This document shows, piece after piece, positions 1-8,978 of a DNA stretch of 64,000 nt. A program made the translations under genes and the position numbers. The number at the start of each line of letters is the position of its first letter. Positions within the stretch are counted from its first letter, which is position 1. Origin of the DNA: Candidatus Buchananbacteria bacterium (GTDB taxonomy: Bacteria > Patescibacteriota > Patescibacteriia > 2-01-FULL-39-33); the NCBI GenBank assembly GCA_903859075.1, contig CAIOLF010000024.1, positions 5,048 through 69,047 on the forward strand, in the 5' to 3' direction. Under the pieces are notes generated by a model. The model had not been told where the DNA came from. It saw nothing but the letters and a program-made list of their open reading frames with translations, and did no database searches.

Positions 1-2
1 TT

Positions 3-338
3 TTGCCAAGCGAGCGTGAAGGACAGCCCAACGTGATGATGGAGATGATGGCGTGTGGCAATCCTGTAATCGGATCCGATATCCCAGGCCTTCGGGAAAT
101 TATCGCAGCCGGCAAAAACGGCTTGATTTTTCCGAAGGATAACCGCGTCTTGTTTCAGCAAGCGATGCATCAACTGATCGACAATGAATTGTTGCGCATT
201 GAGCTGGGGCATAGCGCCAGGGAATTGATCGTATCCGTAAAGGACGTGCGAGTTGTTACCGAGCAGTACCTCCAACTGTATGAAGGAAGGGCTTTACCGG
301 CGACTCTCGCAGATTATGATCGCAGTTGCAGTCACTGA
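3..338 (+). CDS. glycosyltransferase family 4 (GT-B fold), C-terminal fragment; 5' end lies outside the window
   Basis: C-terminal GT4 signature EREGQPNVMMEMMACGNPVIGSDIPGLREIIAAGKNGLIF; the ORF is open to the window edge. Confidence 0.6.
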   Translation: MPSEREGQPNVMMEMMACGNPVIGSDIPGLREIIAAGKNGLIFPKDNRVLFQQAMHQLIDNELLRIELGHSARELIVSVKDVRVVTEQYLQLYEGRALPATLADYDRSCSH

Positions 339-357
339 AACAGAGGAGGATCGAGAA

Positions 358-1362
358 GTGTTTACTAAGATCAGGGTTTCAGTTTCAAGGGTATGTGAAA
401 TGCAGTGTGTCTACTGCCCTCATGGACCCTTGATCAACATGGAGAACTACGACGGCGACGAGCAGTATTGCATGACCACGCAAGAATTGGTGGGAATACT
501 TCGGATCATGCGCAAGCATGGTTTGGAAAATGCCCATCTTACCGGAGGCGAACCGCTCAGAAGGAAAGACTTGGTTGATTTGATTGCCCAGATTACGTCC
601 TTGGGAATGAAAGTCGAGCTCAATACCAATGGCTTGGCTCTCAGTAGGACAATGGCTGAGCGAATCAGAGATGCCGGAGTTGACTTCCTAAAGATTTCTC
701 TCGATGCGCCTAATAGAAGTTCTTTTCTGGCATTCACCGGAATTGACGCTTTCGAAAAGGTAATCGAGGGAATCAAAGCGACGCTTCAGGTGATGCCTGT
801 CAGGCTCAACTGCGTGGTAATGCGGTCAAACTTGGAATCGGTAATCCCGATACTGGGTATCTGCAACGAGCTTGGAGTTCAGGAAATCCATCTGTTGGAT
901 CTGACATACTATCCATGTATGGGCGGTAGATCTTTTTGGGAAAGAGAGTTTGTCCATCTGACCAAGGAGGTTAAGCCCTTACTGGAGCAAGAGTATGTCC
1001 ACGTCTTTGAGACGATGCCCATCTACGGATGTAGATTCTACAGCATGGAAACCTTGCCTGGCGGAACAGTTGCAGTTTTGAAAGAAGCGGAGCCGACTAT
1101 GCGCATCGCTGAATGCGAAACTTGCAACGAGTATTGTCATGAAGGTGTTTTTACTCTCAGGTTGTCTGCCGGCGGATACCTCAATTTCTGCCCATGTAGC
1201 AACCATAACGGCGTAGACGCTCTCGAACTTTACCGCAAGGGAGCACTGGACGGAGTTCTGTCTGCGTATTCACAATACTTCGACAGGGCGAGGTCGGTGG
1301 ATTCTTTCCAGATGTTTTTGGACAAGAACGGCCTGAGCTTTGGAAACGGAGGACCGCCATGA
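358..1362 (+). CDS. MoaA-family radical SAM enzyme (GTP 3',8-cyclase-like) with a C-terminal auxiliary Cys cluster
   Basis: CxxxCxxC motif (CEMQCVYC); LTGGEPLRRKDL resembles MoaA; C-terminal CETCNEYC...LRLSAGGYLNFCPC resembles the MoaA second-cluster region; AGGAGG lies 8 nt upstream of GTG at 358 (the longer ORF from 253 would overlap the upstream gene). Confidence 0.55.
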   Translation: MFTKIRVSVSRVCEMQCVYCPHGPLINMENYDGDEQYCMTTQELVGILRIMRKHGLENAHLTGGEPLRRKDLVDLIAQITSLGMKVELNTNGLALSRTMAERIRDAGVDFLKISLDAPNRSSFLAFTGIDAFEKVIEGIKATLQVMPVRLNCVVMRSNLESVIPILGICNELGVQEIHLLDLTYYPCMGGRSFWEREFVHLTKEVKPLLEQEYVHVFETMPIYGCRFYSMETLPGGTVAVLKEAEPTMRIAECETCNEYCHEGVFTLRLSAGGYLNFCPCSNHNGVDALELYRKGALDGVLSAYSQYFDRARSVDSFQMFLDKNGLSFGNGGPP

Positions 1363-2558
1363 GAGTGTGCTTCATCAACTTTGACGGGGCACCGACGATT
1401 AAGGCAGCAGTGAATAATAGAATAGGCGGGCTGAATACGATTTTATTCAACCTACTGAAATCTGTTTCACTGCTGCCTGAAATAAAAACGTCGGTAGTCT
1501 ATCGTGATGATGGGTTGAGCGGGTTGCAGGAAGAAATTCCCGGCAGCGTGAAAGCGATCCTGGCAGGGAAACAAGAAGTTCTGTCCCGTAGTGATTTGGA
1601 AGAGGCTATCCCGCTGTTTGTTCAAGGAGTAAAAGGATTTCTCCTAAATGAGCAGCAGGATGTCATTCATACGTCAGGCTCAGAAGCTGGAATAGCCATG
1701 TGCCAATTACGCCAGGAGGGTATTACGATACCTTGGGTCCATACCAACTACGCCACTTTAGCCGTAAGAAGGGTGATTGTTGAAGGTATGTCTTCAAGGG
1801 ATGCTCTCTCTGATATGATTGGACAAAGGGAGTTATGCTGTCTTGAACACTGTGATCACATAATCGCCTTAAGCGAGGTTGATCGGCTAGAAGTTTGCCA
1901 AGTGTTCGGGATATCACCCGGTAAGGTAAGTGTGGCGTGGCCCGGCATAGATCACAACATTTTTTATCCTCCGCGGATAAATGCTGGAAGAGCGCCGGTT
2001 GTGGTAAGTGCAGGGCGAATGAGCAGAATAAAAGATTTCCCCTTTTTGCTGCGAAGTTTCCGAATACTAGATTACCTTAATCCCAGCTTGGGTGCGAGAC
2101 TGCTAGTAATAGGGGGCAATCAGCAGGAAAGGGAATCTCTCGGCTTGCACAATCTAGCCAATAGCTTGCGAGTGAGTGACAAAGTCGCGTATCTGGATGG
2201 AACAGACCAAGGCGAACTGGCAGAGCACTTCCGATCCGCAAAGGTATTTGCCGGCGTCTCTAAGCACGAGACATTCGGATTGTTGCCGGTAGAGGCTAGA
2301 GCTTGCGGAACTCCTTTCGTTGTACGTTCAAACAGTAGTTACTTGGCAACCGCGACAGACGGCTATGGAGGATTTTTTTCGGGCAACGGCTCGGAAGAGG
2401 ATATGGCCCGAAAGCTAAACGTCGTCTTAAGTCTTTCGGAGGGAGACTGGCAAGTAATGTCTAAAGCCGCTTATCGCAGCGCCCAGAAATTCGAATGGGC
2501 ACAAACGGCCAAGGCATGCCACGAAGCATACTGCCAATTAGCAAGAAGACAAACATAA
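1359..2558 (+). CDS. glycosyltransferase family 4
   Basis: ATGA overlap with the upstream radical-SAM gene suggests translational coupling; E-x7-E GT4 motif KHETFGLLPVEARACGTPFVV. Confidence 0.65.
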   Translation: MRVCFINFDGAPTIKAAVNNRIGGLNTILFNLLKSVSLLPEIKTSVVYRDDGLSGLQEEIPGSVKAILAGKQEVLSRSDLEEAIPLFVQGVKGFLLNEQQDVIHTSGSEAGIAMCQLRQEGITIPWVHTNYATLAVRRVIVEGMSSRDALSDMIGQRELCCLEHCDHIIALSEVDRLEVCQVFGISPGKVSVAWPGIDHNIFYPPRINAGRAPVVVSAGRMSRIKDFPFLLRSFRILDYLNPSLGARLLVIGGNQQERESLGLHNLANSLRVSDKVAYLDGTDQGELAEHFRSAKVFAGVSKHETFGLLPVEARACGTPFVVRSNSSYLATATDGYGGFFSGNGSEEDMARKLNVVLSLSEGDWQVMSKAAYRSAQKFEWAQTAKACHEAYCQLARRQT

Positions 2559-2600
2559 GACCGGATTCCACGGATGGAACCCGGTCTTCTTTATTTTTAT
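2559..2600. terminator. bidirectional Rho-independent terminator between convergent genes
   Basis: hairpin gaccggattcca-cgga-tggaacccggtc followed by ttctttatttttat (complement aaaaataaagaa on the other strand). Confidence 0.55.
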
Positions 2601-3427
2601 ATAGATGTTATATATTCAATCGCTTTTGCCATTTCATGTATTTCGCATTCAAGCTCGAAGTATCCCTGGTAATTGTATTTTTTGAGCGCTTGAACGACTT
2701 TTTTCCAATCTATCTTTCCTTTGCCAGGGGCTAAATGGGGGTCTGGCCTATTGCTTTTCTTTAGATTGTTTTCCGGTTTTCCAAAGTTATCATGAGCGTG
2801 GATATGATATATTTTAGAATTATATTTCTCTATGGCTAAAAGATAGTTTTCTTCACTGACATTGGCATGTCCGATATCCAGAGTCATGCCGAAATATTTA
2901 TTTTTTACTTTGGATATAGTTTCAGTTAGCAGATCGAATTTGCAGGCTCTATCCGGAAACCAAAAACAGGTTTGAGCTTCATTCTCAATTCCTATTTTGA
3001 TTTTTTTCTTGGCTCCGTAATCGGCTATCTTCTTGTAGGCCTCAATTTCTAATTTTTTTCTTCTTTCTAATTTAAGTCCGTATGGCTCAAGGGCGGGATG
3101 AAGAGTTACCACGGAGGATTTTAGTTGGGAAGCATAGTCGATTGATTTAAATACCTGTTTAATGCTCTCTTGTCTTATAATATTGTTAAAATCATTGATA
3201 CTGCCGCTTAGGTATTGGGCGTGAACGGTGTATCTGATCTTTTTGTCTCTTTGCAGTTTCTTCAAAAAAGCCATTTCTTGCCTGAAATCACCGTCATGTG
3301 GATAATTAAAGTCGATTTCAATACAGTCGACAATATCAGCCAAGTATTTTGTTTCCTCAATAAAATCACGACCCAGCTTTCTGGATCCCTTGGCGCATAA
3401 TTTAAGGTTGTTCTTTTCAGTTTTCAT
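2597..3427 (-). CDS. sugar phosphate isomerase/epimerase (xylose-isomerase-like TIM barrel family)
   Basis: motifs TLDIGHANV and HIHAHDNFG are typical of the AP-endonuclease-2/xylose-isomerase-like TIM barrel. Confidence 0.5.
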   Translation of the reverse strand: MKTEKNNLKLCAKGSRKLGRDFIEETKYLADIVDCIEIDFNYPHDGDFRQEMAFLKKLQRDKKIRYTVHAQYLSGSINDFNNIIRQESIKQVFKSIDYASQLKSSVVTLHPALEPYGLKLERRKKLEIEAYKKIADYGAKKKIKIGIENEAQTCFWFPDRACKFDLLTETISKVKNKYFGMTLDIGHANVSEENYLLAIEKYNSKIYHIHAHDNFGKPENNLKKSNRPDPHLAPGKGKIDWKKVVQALKKYNYQGYFELECEIHEMAKAIEYITSI

Positions 3428-3473
3428 GTTATAATTTTACATATAATAACCGTAAAAGTAAACACCATAGTAT

Positions 3474-3887
3474 ATGATAAAGAAGGGAAATGATCAACCG
3501 CCAACTTCTGTCAGTGCCATCATAACCCGCAGTGACGGCAAAGTATTTATCGCCCAAAGGAGCTGGAAGAAAAAGTTATCGCCTGGCCAATGGGAGACCG
3601 TGGGAGGTAAATTAGAGTTGAAGGAAGTACTTGAAGAAGGTTTAAGGCGTGAGATCAAAGAGGAATTAGGTGTAGATATAAAAGGCATTAGATTCTTCAA
3701 TAATTATTCCTATGCGGCCGGCAAAGTCAGCGCCACTTATATAGTTGAGATTGAGAAGAGCCCGCAGCCAAACATTCAGGATTTCGCTAATTGGGGCTGG
3801 TTCGATGAAAAGGGAATTTTACCACTGGATTTTGCGGTTGATTGCAAAGAAAGATTATTGGATTATTTTAAAAATTTGAAGAGCTAA
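3474..3887 (+). CDS. NUDIX hydrolase
   Basis: Nudix box GGKLELKEVLEEGLRREIKEELGV (G-x5-E-x7-REUxEExGU). Confidence 0.7.
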   Translation: MIKKGNDQPPTSVSAIITRSDGKVFIAQRSWKKKLSPGQWETVGGKLELKEVLEEGLRREIKEELGVDIKGIRFFNNYSYAAGKVSATYIVEIEKSPQPNIQDFANWGWFDEKGILPLDFAVDCKERLLDYFKNLKS

Positions 3888-4030
3888 CAAAAATATCATA
3901 GAATATACCAATTTTTAATCAAGTAATAAAATCATTAAATCAGCTAATATCAGAACAGCAACCCAAAACCATCAGCAGTTATTGGATTTTACAAAATTCC
4001 CCGGCCAGTTATCGTTTTATAGTAAAAAAT

Positions 4031-4612
4031 GTGAGGACAGACTTAGATGATATTGATTGGGATAGGGTCATCAGCAATTTGAAGCGGGATTTCCAACCCC
4101 TCTGGCGTCCGCTCAAGAACAGGCCAAAGAGAGTTAAGAAGTATCGGGACAAGCAGGAGGTAAATATCATTTTGAAGAAATACCGACATAAACTTTATGT
4201 TTTTATTTCCGCTCTGAACGATGAAGACAGGTTGCTCAGAAATGAAATTAGTATTGCTTTGGTCCGCATCTCACAGAAGGGCAATCTGAGCGCGCAGAGA
4301 CAGCTTATAAAATTATTAAGATATCTGACGGATCAATGGCTCGAATGTTTCCCGCCACTTTACCGTTGGCGAGGTTATGGAGACCAATTAGAAGAAAGAT
4401 TTATCGCCTGCATAAGATGTTACCGTTTTACTGGTTCTTTTATCGGATATTTATATAAGACGCTAGAGTATTCCGGTCGAGGGTTGGTCAAGATGGAATC
4501 ACACTCATTGGATGGTTATGTTGGCGACAGTGGTAAGAGGATAATTGATTTTGTGGCCAAGGATTTGGAGACTGGTGATATCGGAATTTTTGGAAGCAAT
4601 CATTATAATTAG
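4031..4612 (+). CDS. hypothetical protein
   Basis: 193-aa ORF with coding-like composition and no recognisable motif. Confidence 0.3.
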   Translation: MRTDLDDIDWDRVISNLKRDFQPLWRPLKNRPKRVKKYRDKQEVNIILKKYRHKLYVFISALNDEDRLLRNEISIALVRISQKGNLSAQRQLIKLLRYLTDQWLECFPPLYRWRGYGDQLEERFIACIRCYRFTGSFIGYLYKTLEYSGRGLVKMESHSLDGYVGDSGKRIIDFVAKDLETGDIGIFGSNHYN

Positions 4613-4623
4613 GAATTACTATT

Positions 4624-5076
4624 ATGACCAATATTTACATAGATGTTTGTTGCCATACGCCCAATGCTCATCTCAAGGGCAGAGAAGTGACCGGCGATTG
4701 TTTTGCCGGCGTTTATATTATTAATGAGGACGGACAGGAACATAAATTTCAGGCGGCAATAGGAATAATGACTAACCCGGAGGCATACATTAATGCGGCT
4801 TTTATAGCTCTAGTCAAAGCTAAGAGTGTTGGAGTCAATGGCGAGGTGAAACTTAATTCTAGTCATGATGTCTTGATCGGTTGGTTATCTGGACGGTATG
4901 GCATTAAACTTCAGACGATTAAGGATATTAGTAGTCAGATCAAGGAATTAGCCAAGGAATTCGATCAAGTTTACTATCAGGTGGTAGATAAGAAAGATAA
5001 AGGTATCACTATGGCTAAGATTCTGGCCAAAGGGCAGAAAACATTAAGTGGTTCCAAGCCCTCCGAGGCTGTTTAA
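4624..5076 (+). CDS. hypothetical protein, possibly a degenerate RNase H-like fold
   Basis: 150-aa ORF directly downstream of the previous ORF; IYIDVCC...NAAFIAL...SSHDVLIGWL loosely resembles RNase H strand/helix order but lacks a clear catalytic Glu. Confidence 0.3.
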   Translation: MTNIYIDVCCHTPNAHLKGREVTGDCFAGVYIINEDGQEHKFQAAIGIMTNPEAYINAAFIALVKAKSVGVNGEVKLNSSHDVLIGWLSGRYGIKLQTIKDISSQIKELAKEFDQVYYQVVDKKDKGITMAKILAKGQKTLSGSKPSEAV

Positions 5077-5404
5077 GAAGGATTCTGCTTCCATAATGTC
5101 ATCTTAGTCATCTATGGAATTATAGGCACCTCTAAACAGCCCTCTTCAACCAGAATCGTGTAAGTATACTTTGGTCATAAAATCAATATTTTATAAATCA
5201 TTTACCACTAGATTTTGGAAATAATTCTTTAGGCAAAACTTTCCGTCCATAGAAGTCCATAAACTCCAAAATCGACTTCAATTCTTTGAGGCTAGCATCT
5301 CGAATTGCCTGTCTGTATTCGTTGAGAATGGTTCTATAATCGTTCGATGCGCGGAGCCATAGTGTATTACCCCCCCCCCATTTCCCGCCACTTTCCAATT
5401 AATT

Positions 5405-5433
5405 TTGACAATTTTTTATATTTCTATAATATT
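5405..5433 (+). promoter_or_regulatory. sigma70-like promoter (TTGACA-16 nt-TAATAT) ahead of a long 5' leader
   Basis: TTGACA at 5405-5410 and TAATAT 16 nt downstream; the downstream ORF starts about 270 nt later. Confidence 0.35.
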
Positions 5434-5707
5434 AGATTACGGCTTTAGGCCAACATGCGGCTTAGGGTTCGAGGGTTATCTCACTTTGAGACCCGCCTCA
5501 TTGCCGGGGATGACACAAGCTCCCCGGCACGAGAATTCCTCTTCCTAGGAAGAGTTTGATCTTTAGATAATTCATCCCTAGAGAAAGTTCTTTTGAGTCG
5601 CAGTTTTAGACGGAGGCAAAAGATTGTCCGATTAGCTTCCTTGAGAGTTGGTCACTGCAACATAATGGTACGGGCATGGCCCGGTGCTAAGCGAAGGAGA
5701 ATCCTGC

Positions 5708-6580
5708 ATGGCGAAGAAACTGGTTTTACCCGGCATCCGTATCTATGGGACGAATATCCGAGTATTGAAACCGGAAAAATTGGCGCTGCTCCAGCCCGGC
5801 CAACTCCGGAAATTCATTTCGGATACGGATGGCACTTTCAGCACCCTACGCGAGGGCTGGGAAGGCATCATGGGTCCCCTGATGGTTGAGATGATCATCG
5901 GCGGAGCCGAGATTGACGACGCCTTGCGAAACCGGATCGAACAAGATGTCGCCCGCTACATTTTTGAGTCAACGGGGATCAATACGATCCTGCAGATGGC
6001 TCATCTCGTCGAGATGATCAAGGAATACGGCCTGGTCCCGGCCGACAAAACCCTCGACGACCAAGGATACAAGGCGGAGTACAACCGACGGCTGATGGTG
6101 CCGGTGGGTAATCGCATTTCCCGGCTGGCAAACAACAGCCTCAAGCTCACCGACGTGACCATGTACGGCGCCCTGCAGTTCGTGCGGCTCGCGTCCAAGT
6201 CCGTTGACATCCATGTGTTCAGTGGAACCGACGATGAGGACGTCAGGAAAGAACTGGCGGCCATCGGCATCGCGCCCCACGTCAAGTCCATTCATGGCGC
6301 CCTGCGAGAATACAAAGATTCCAACAAGGAGATGGTGCTCAGGAAACTGATGGCCGAATTCGGCCTGAGCGGTCTGCAAGTGGCGGTCATCGGCGACGGC
6401 AAAGTCGAGCTTCAAGTCGGAGCCGAGGCCGGTTGCATTACCATCGGCATTGCTTCGGACGAGGTTCTCGGCCACGGCTGGAACCTGAAGAAGGTGGAGC
6501 GTCTCGCGCCTTACGCGGACCTACTCATCTCCGACTTCCGCTACCATCATGCGATTATGCGGCTGTTGAAGCTGGCCTAG
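5708..6580 (+). CDS. HAD-superfamily hydrolase
   Basis: HAD motif I FISDTDGT (DxDGT) and motif III VAVIGDGKVE (GDG); GGAGAA lies 6 nt upstream of ATG 5708; GC-rich codon usage. Confidence 0.55.
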   Translation: MAKKLVLPGIRIYGTNIRVLKPEKLALLQPGQLRKFISDTDGTFSTLREGWEGIMGPLMVEMIIGGAEIDDALRNRIEQDVARYIFESTGINTILQMAHLVEMIKEYGLVPADKTLDDQGYKAEYNRRLMVPVGNRISRLANNSLKLTDVTMYGALQFVRLASKSVDIHVFSGTDDEDVRKELAAIGIAPHVKSIHGALREYKDSNKEMVLRKLMAEFGLSGLQVAVIGDGKVELQVGAEAGCITIGIASDEVLGHGWNLKKVERLAPYADLLISDFRYHHAIMRLLKLA

Positions 6581-6716
6581 GGCGAAACCCGTCGAAGACA
6601 GTTATCTCACTTACCTATTAGGTGGAAGTCAACTACGTTGATGACCACCTCTTTTTAATATTAAAAAATAACAAAAATTTATGATATAATGTATATAAAA
6701 TTAATAAATCAACTAT

Positions 6717-7322
6717 ATGTCTAAATTTTTCAAAGTTTGGCTTCCCCTCATAATCATAGTGGGAGCCGTAGCCGGAACTGTAGTCGTTCTCCATAACAGA
6801 CCAACGGAACAGCAACCATTAATGTTTCGGTTTATAGAAGAAAAGATTAACTCCATTATCACCCCCAAACCGCCGATTGGCGATCTGGCACTAGTTCGCG
6901 ACCTGCGAGGAACCTGGAAATCGTCTTTAGCGGGAAAAGGAATCCAGGTCTATGGCAAATTTACGACCGGCCCCGGCATCGCCACGGTCTATGAAGATGG
7001 CGACATGGAACTGATAATCGATTCGGTGATAAACAATATTGCCTCTGGAAAAGTCCGTTTCACAAATTTGTGCGCCACCGCCCAAGCCACAATCCCGAAA
7101 TTGAAAACCATCACTACTAAAAAGTGTACGCCAGATACCGGATACCTTCCGATGGGAATACGGGTCAGCGGCAGCGCTCTGGACTTCGGTACGGTCTCCA
7201 TCCCTGGCGCCGCGGCCTCCATGCAAGGCACCTATACTACCGACATCATAACCGGCAGCATGACAGTAACTCTCCCCGCATACGGAGCCCTTAAAGGAGA
7301 ATTTCATCTCATGCGACAATAA
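6717..7322 (+). CDS. hypothetical membrane-anchored or secreted protein
   Basis: N-terminal hydrophobic segment WLPLIIIVGAVAGTVVVL followed by a Gly/Thr-rich soluble domain. Confidence 0.4.
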   Translation: MSKFFKVWLPLIIIVGAVAGTVVVLHNRPTEQQPLMFRFIEEKINSIITPKPPIGDLALVRDLRGTWKSSLAGKGIQVYGKFTTGPGIATVYEDGDMELIIDSVINNIASGKVRFTNLCATAQATIPKLKTITTKKCTPDTGYLPMGIRVSGSALDFGTVSIPGAAASMQGTYTTDIITGSMTVTLPAYGALKGEFHLMRQ

Positions 7323-7338
7323 TAGCTATACTAGTGTT

Positions 7339-7373
7339 TAAAACGCCATCCTTACGGGTGGCGTTTTGCATTT
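7339..7373 (+). terminator. Rho-independent terminator
   Basis: aaaacgccatccttacgggtggcgttttgcattttt: 9-bp stem aacgccacc/ggtggcgtt followed by a T-run. Confidence 0.65.
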
Positions 7374-7402
7374 TTGACAAGAAGATATTCCTATGATAAT
7401 AT
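7374..7402 (+). promoter_or_regulatory. sigma70-like promoter (TTGACA-17 nt-TAATAT)
   Basis: TTGACA 7374-7379, 17-nt spacer, TAATAT 7397-7402; a second similar element TTGACG 7535-7540 plus TATAAA lies nearer the 7649 gene. Confidence 0.5.
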
Positions 7403-7648
7403 TTATTGTCAACGAACATATGGGAGGGTAAGACATGACACTGGTACATCGGGTATTAGGCAAAAAACGGATCGCGAAATTCTGCGAGCCGCCCAGCATG
7501 CTGGCCGGCTCCTTTTATTTTTAAGTAAAACCAGTTGACGCTTTGGCCGAAATAATATATAAATTAAAACAATCTTATGGGGTTCATGATACTTCATAAG
7601 CGTACAATGGCGTAGCAGAGGTCATCCAAAAGAAGAGGAGAACGCACG

Positions 7649-8824
7649 ATGGCAAAGGCAACACTGGAGTTATTGGTAGGCGGTTGGCACTTGCTTAGCC
7701 AGAAAATGGCTTTTGGCAACCCCACTGCGGGCGGATTTTCAACCATGCTTGAGGCGGTGATGGCGGTGGCCGATCTTAATGAGCAACTGAAGCCCCAATA
7801 CGGCATTGAAATCGCCGTGTCCGGACACTGGTGGCATGAGTTGCTGGTGCCCGACGACGTACCGGAAATCGGGTACAGCGCAAAGTGGAACAACCCGCGG
7901 AGCATCGACCTGAAAGACTGGGCAAAAGGCGTCAAAAAGGGCAAATACGCCCCCATCGGCCGGGTAATTCCTCCAGGTTTCGGGCTGCCAGGTGCCGATG
8001 ACGGCGCATTTATCAATCCGGATCCAGTCCGTCGCAAGCTGGCGCACGATATGATGATGTACAGCTTCCGCATGAGCGAGTATGTGAAGGGTCATGGGGT
8101 CGGCTACGGCGACGTGATCTACTGGACCGGTCCGGACGGCATCCGCTGGAAACGTCTGGTCCAGGGCGACGACATCCTGCTGGGCCACCAGCTTAATCCC
8201 GGGCTGGAAGAATGGAAGATGATTATGAATGGCGTTTCCGGAGCGGTCAAAGCGGCACGCGAAGACGGCTGCACCGAAACCATCCTGCTGATCGAAGGCA
8301 AGCCGGGTGGAGACCCGTCTTACCTGGACGTATTCACCGATACGGCGCTCGAGATCATGGGCATCAAGCAGATCAATGAGCTGGTCGGCGCGCCGATCGC
8401 CCAGTGGCAAGGAGAATTCTGCCACAGCCGCGGCGCGGGCCAACGTTTCTCGGACGCGCTGAAACAAGTCATTGAGGCCGACGTCTTCGGCGGCCAAATC
8501 CACTTCAATTCCGGCGGCCTGGGCGCGGTGAACTTTACCGAATTGCTGTCGGCGCCTGGGGGGACGCTCGCGTCAAAGTTTCCGCAATATGTCGATAACG
8601 ACTATTGCCCCGGGGAAGGCGTTGGTGAATGGGTGGACGATCAGCGCGAGACGATCCGAATCGGAGCCGAGTGGTCGGCCAAAACGGGACGGCCGTTCCA
8701 AATTGAGTTTGATGCCCGGTTTTCCCGCTACGCCGACACCATCGGCGCACTGAGGAAATCGGCCGAATGGGCCATCGGCGTCTTCAATGAGGCGCGGGAG
8801 GAGCTGGAGCAAGCGGCGGCCTGA
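7649..8824 (+). CDS. divergent xylose-isomerase-like TIM-barrel family protein (putative sugar isomerase)
   Basis: LLIEGKPGGDPSYLDVF resembles the xylose isomerase LIEPKP-EP segment; strong SD AGAAGAGGAGAA before ATG; GC-rich. Confidence 0.35.
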   Translation: MAKATLELLVGGWHLLSQKMAFGNPTAGGFSTMLEAVMAVADLNEQLKPQYGIEIAVSGHWWHELLVPDDVPEIGYSAKWNNPRSIDLKDWAKGVKKGKYAPIGRVIPPGFGLPGADDGAFINPDPVRRKLAHDMMMYSFRMSEYVKGHGVGYGDVIYWTGPDGIRWKRLVQGDDILLGHQLNPGLEEWKMIMNGVSGAVKAAREDGCTETILLIEGKPGGDPSYLDVFTDTALEIMGIKQINELVGAPIAQWQGEFCHSRGAGQRFSDALKQVIEADVFGGQIHFNSGGLGAVNFTELLSAPGGTLASKFPQYVDNDYCPGEGVGEWVDDQRETIRIGAEWSAKTGRPFQIEFDARFSRYADTIGALRKSAEWAIGVFNEAREELEQAAA

Positions 8825-8846
8825 AATACGGCTGCGACAATTTACC

Positions 8847-8889
8847 GAGCGCGGTGCTAAAAACGATTTAGCGTCGCGCTCTTTTTTTA
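8847..8889 (+). terminator. Rho-independent terminator
   Basis: gagcgcggtgctaaa/tttagcgtcgcgctc stem (about 13 of 15 bp) followed by a T8 run. Confidence 0.6.
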
Positions 8890-8978
8890 TTTTACAAAAA
8901 TCGCCAAATCAACTATCATTATAGTAGAAAAAATCATACGGCCTAAACGGGCTGTTAAATAATTAATAACTAAAAACT

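Noticed and set aside
253-357. N-terminal extension of the radical-SAM ORF starting at ATG 253
   Set aside because: It would overlap the 3' end of the upstream GT4 gene by 86 nt. A GAGGAGG SD precedes GTG 358, which gives a conventional gene boundary.
358-1362. Interpretation as canonical molybdenum-cofactor biosynthesis MoaA
   Set aside because: No moaC/moaD/moaE/mog/moeA genes nearby. The gene is embedded in glycosyltransferase genes. I kept it as a MoaA-family enzyme of uncertain substrate.
5969-6475. 168-aa and 96-aa minus-strand ORFs inside the HAD hydrolase gene
   Set aside because: Long antisense ORFs are expected in high-GC coding sequence. No motifs, no start context.
7594-8503. 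159-aa and 254-aa minus-strand ORFs overlapping the xylose-isomerase-like gene
   Set aside because: Shadow ORFs of a GC-rich plus-strand gene that has a strong SD/ATG.
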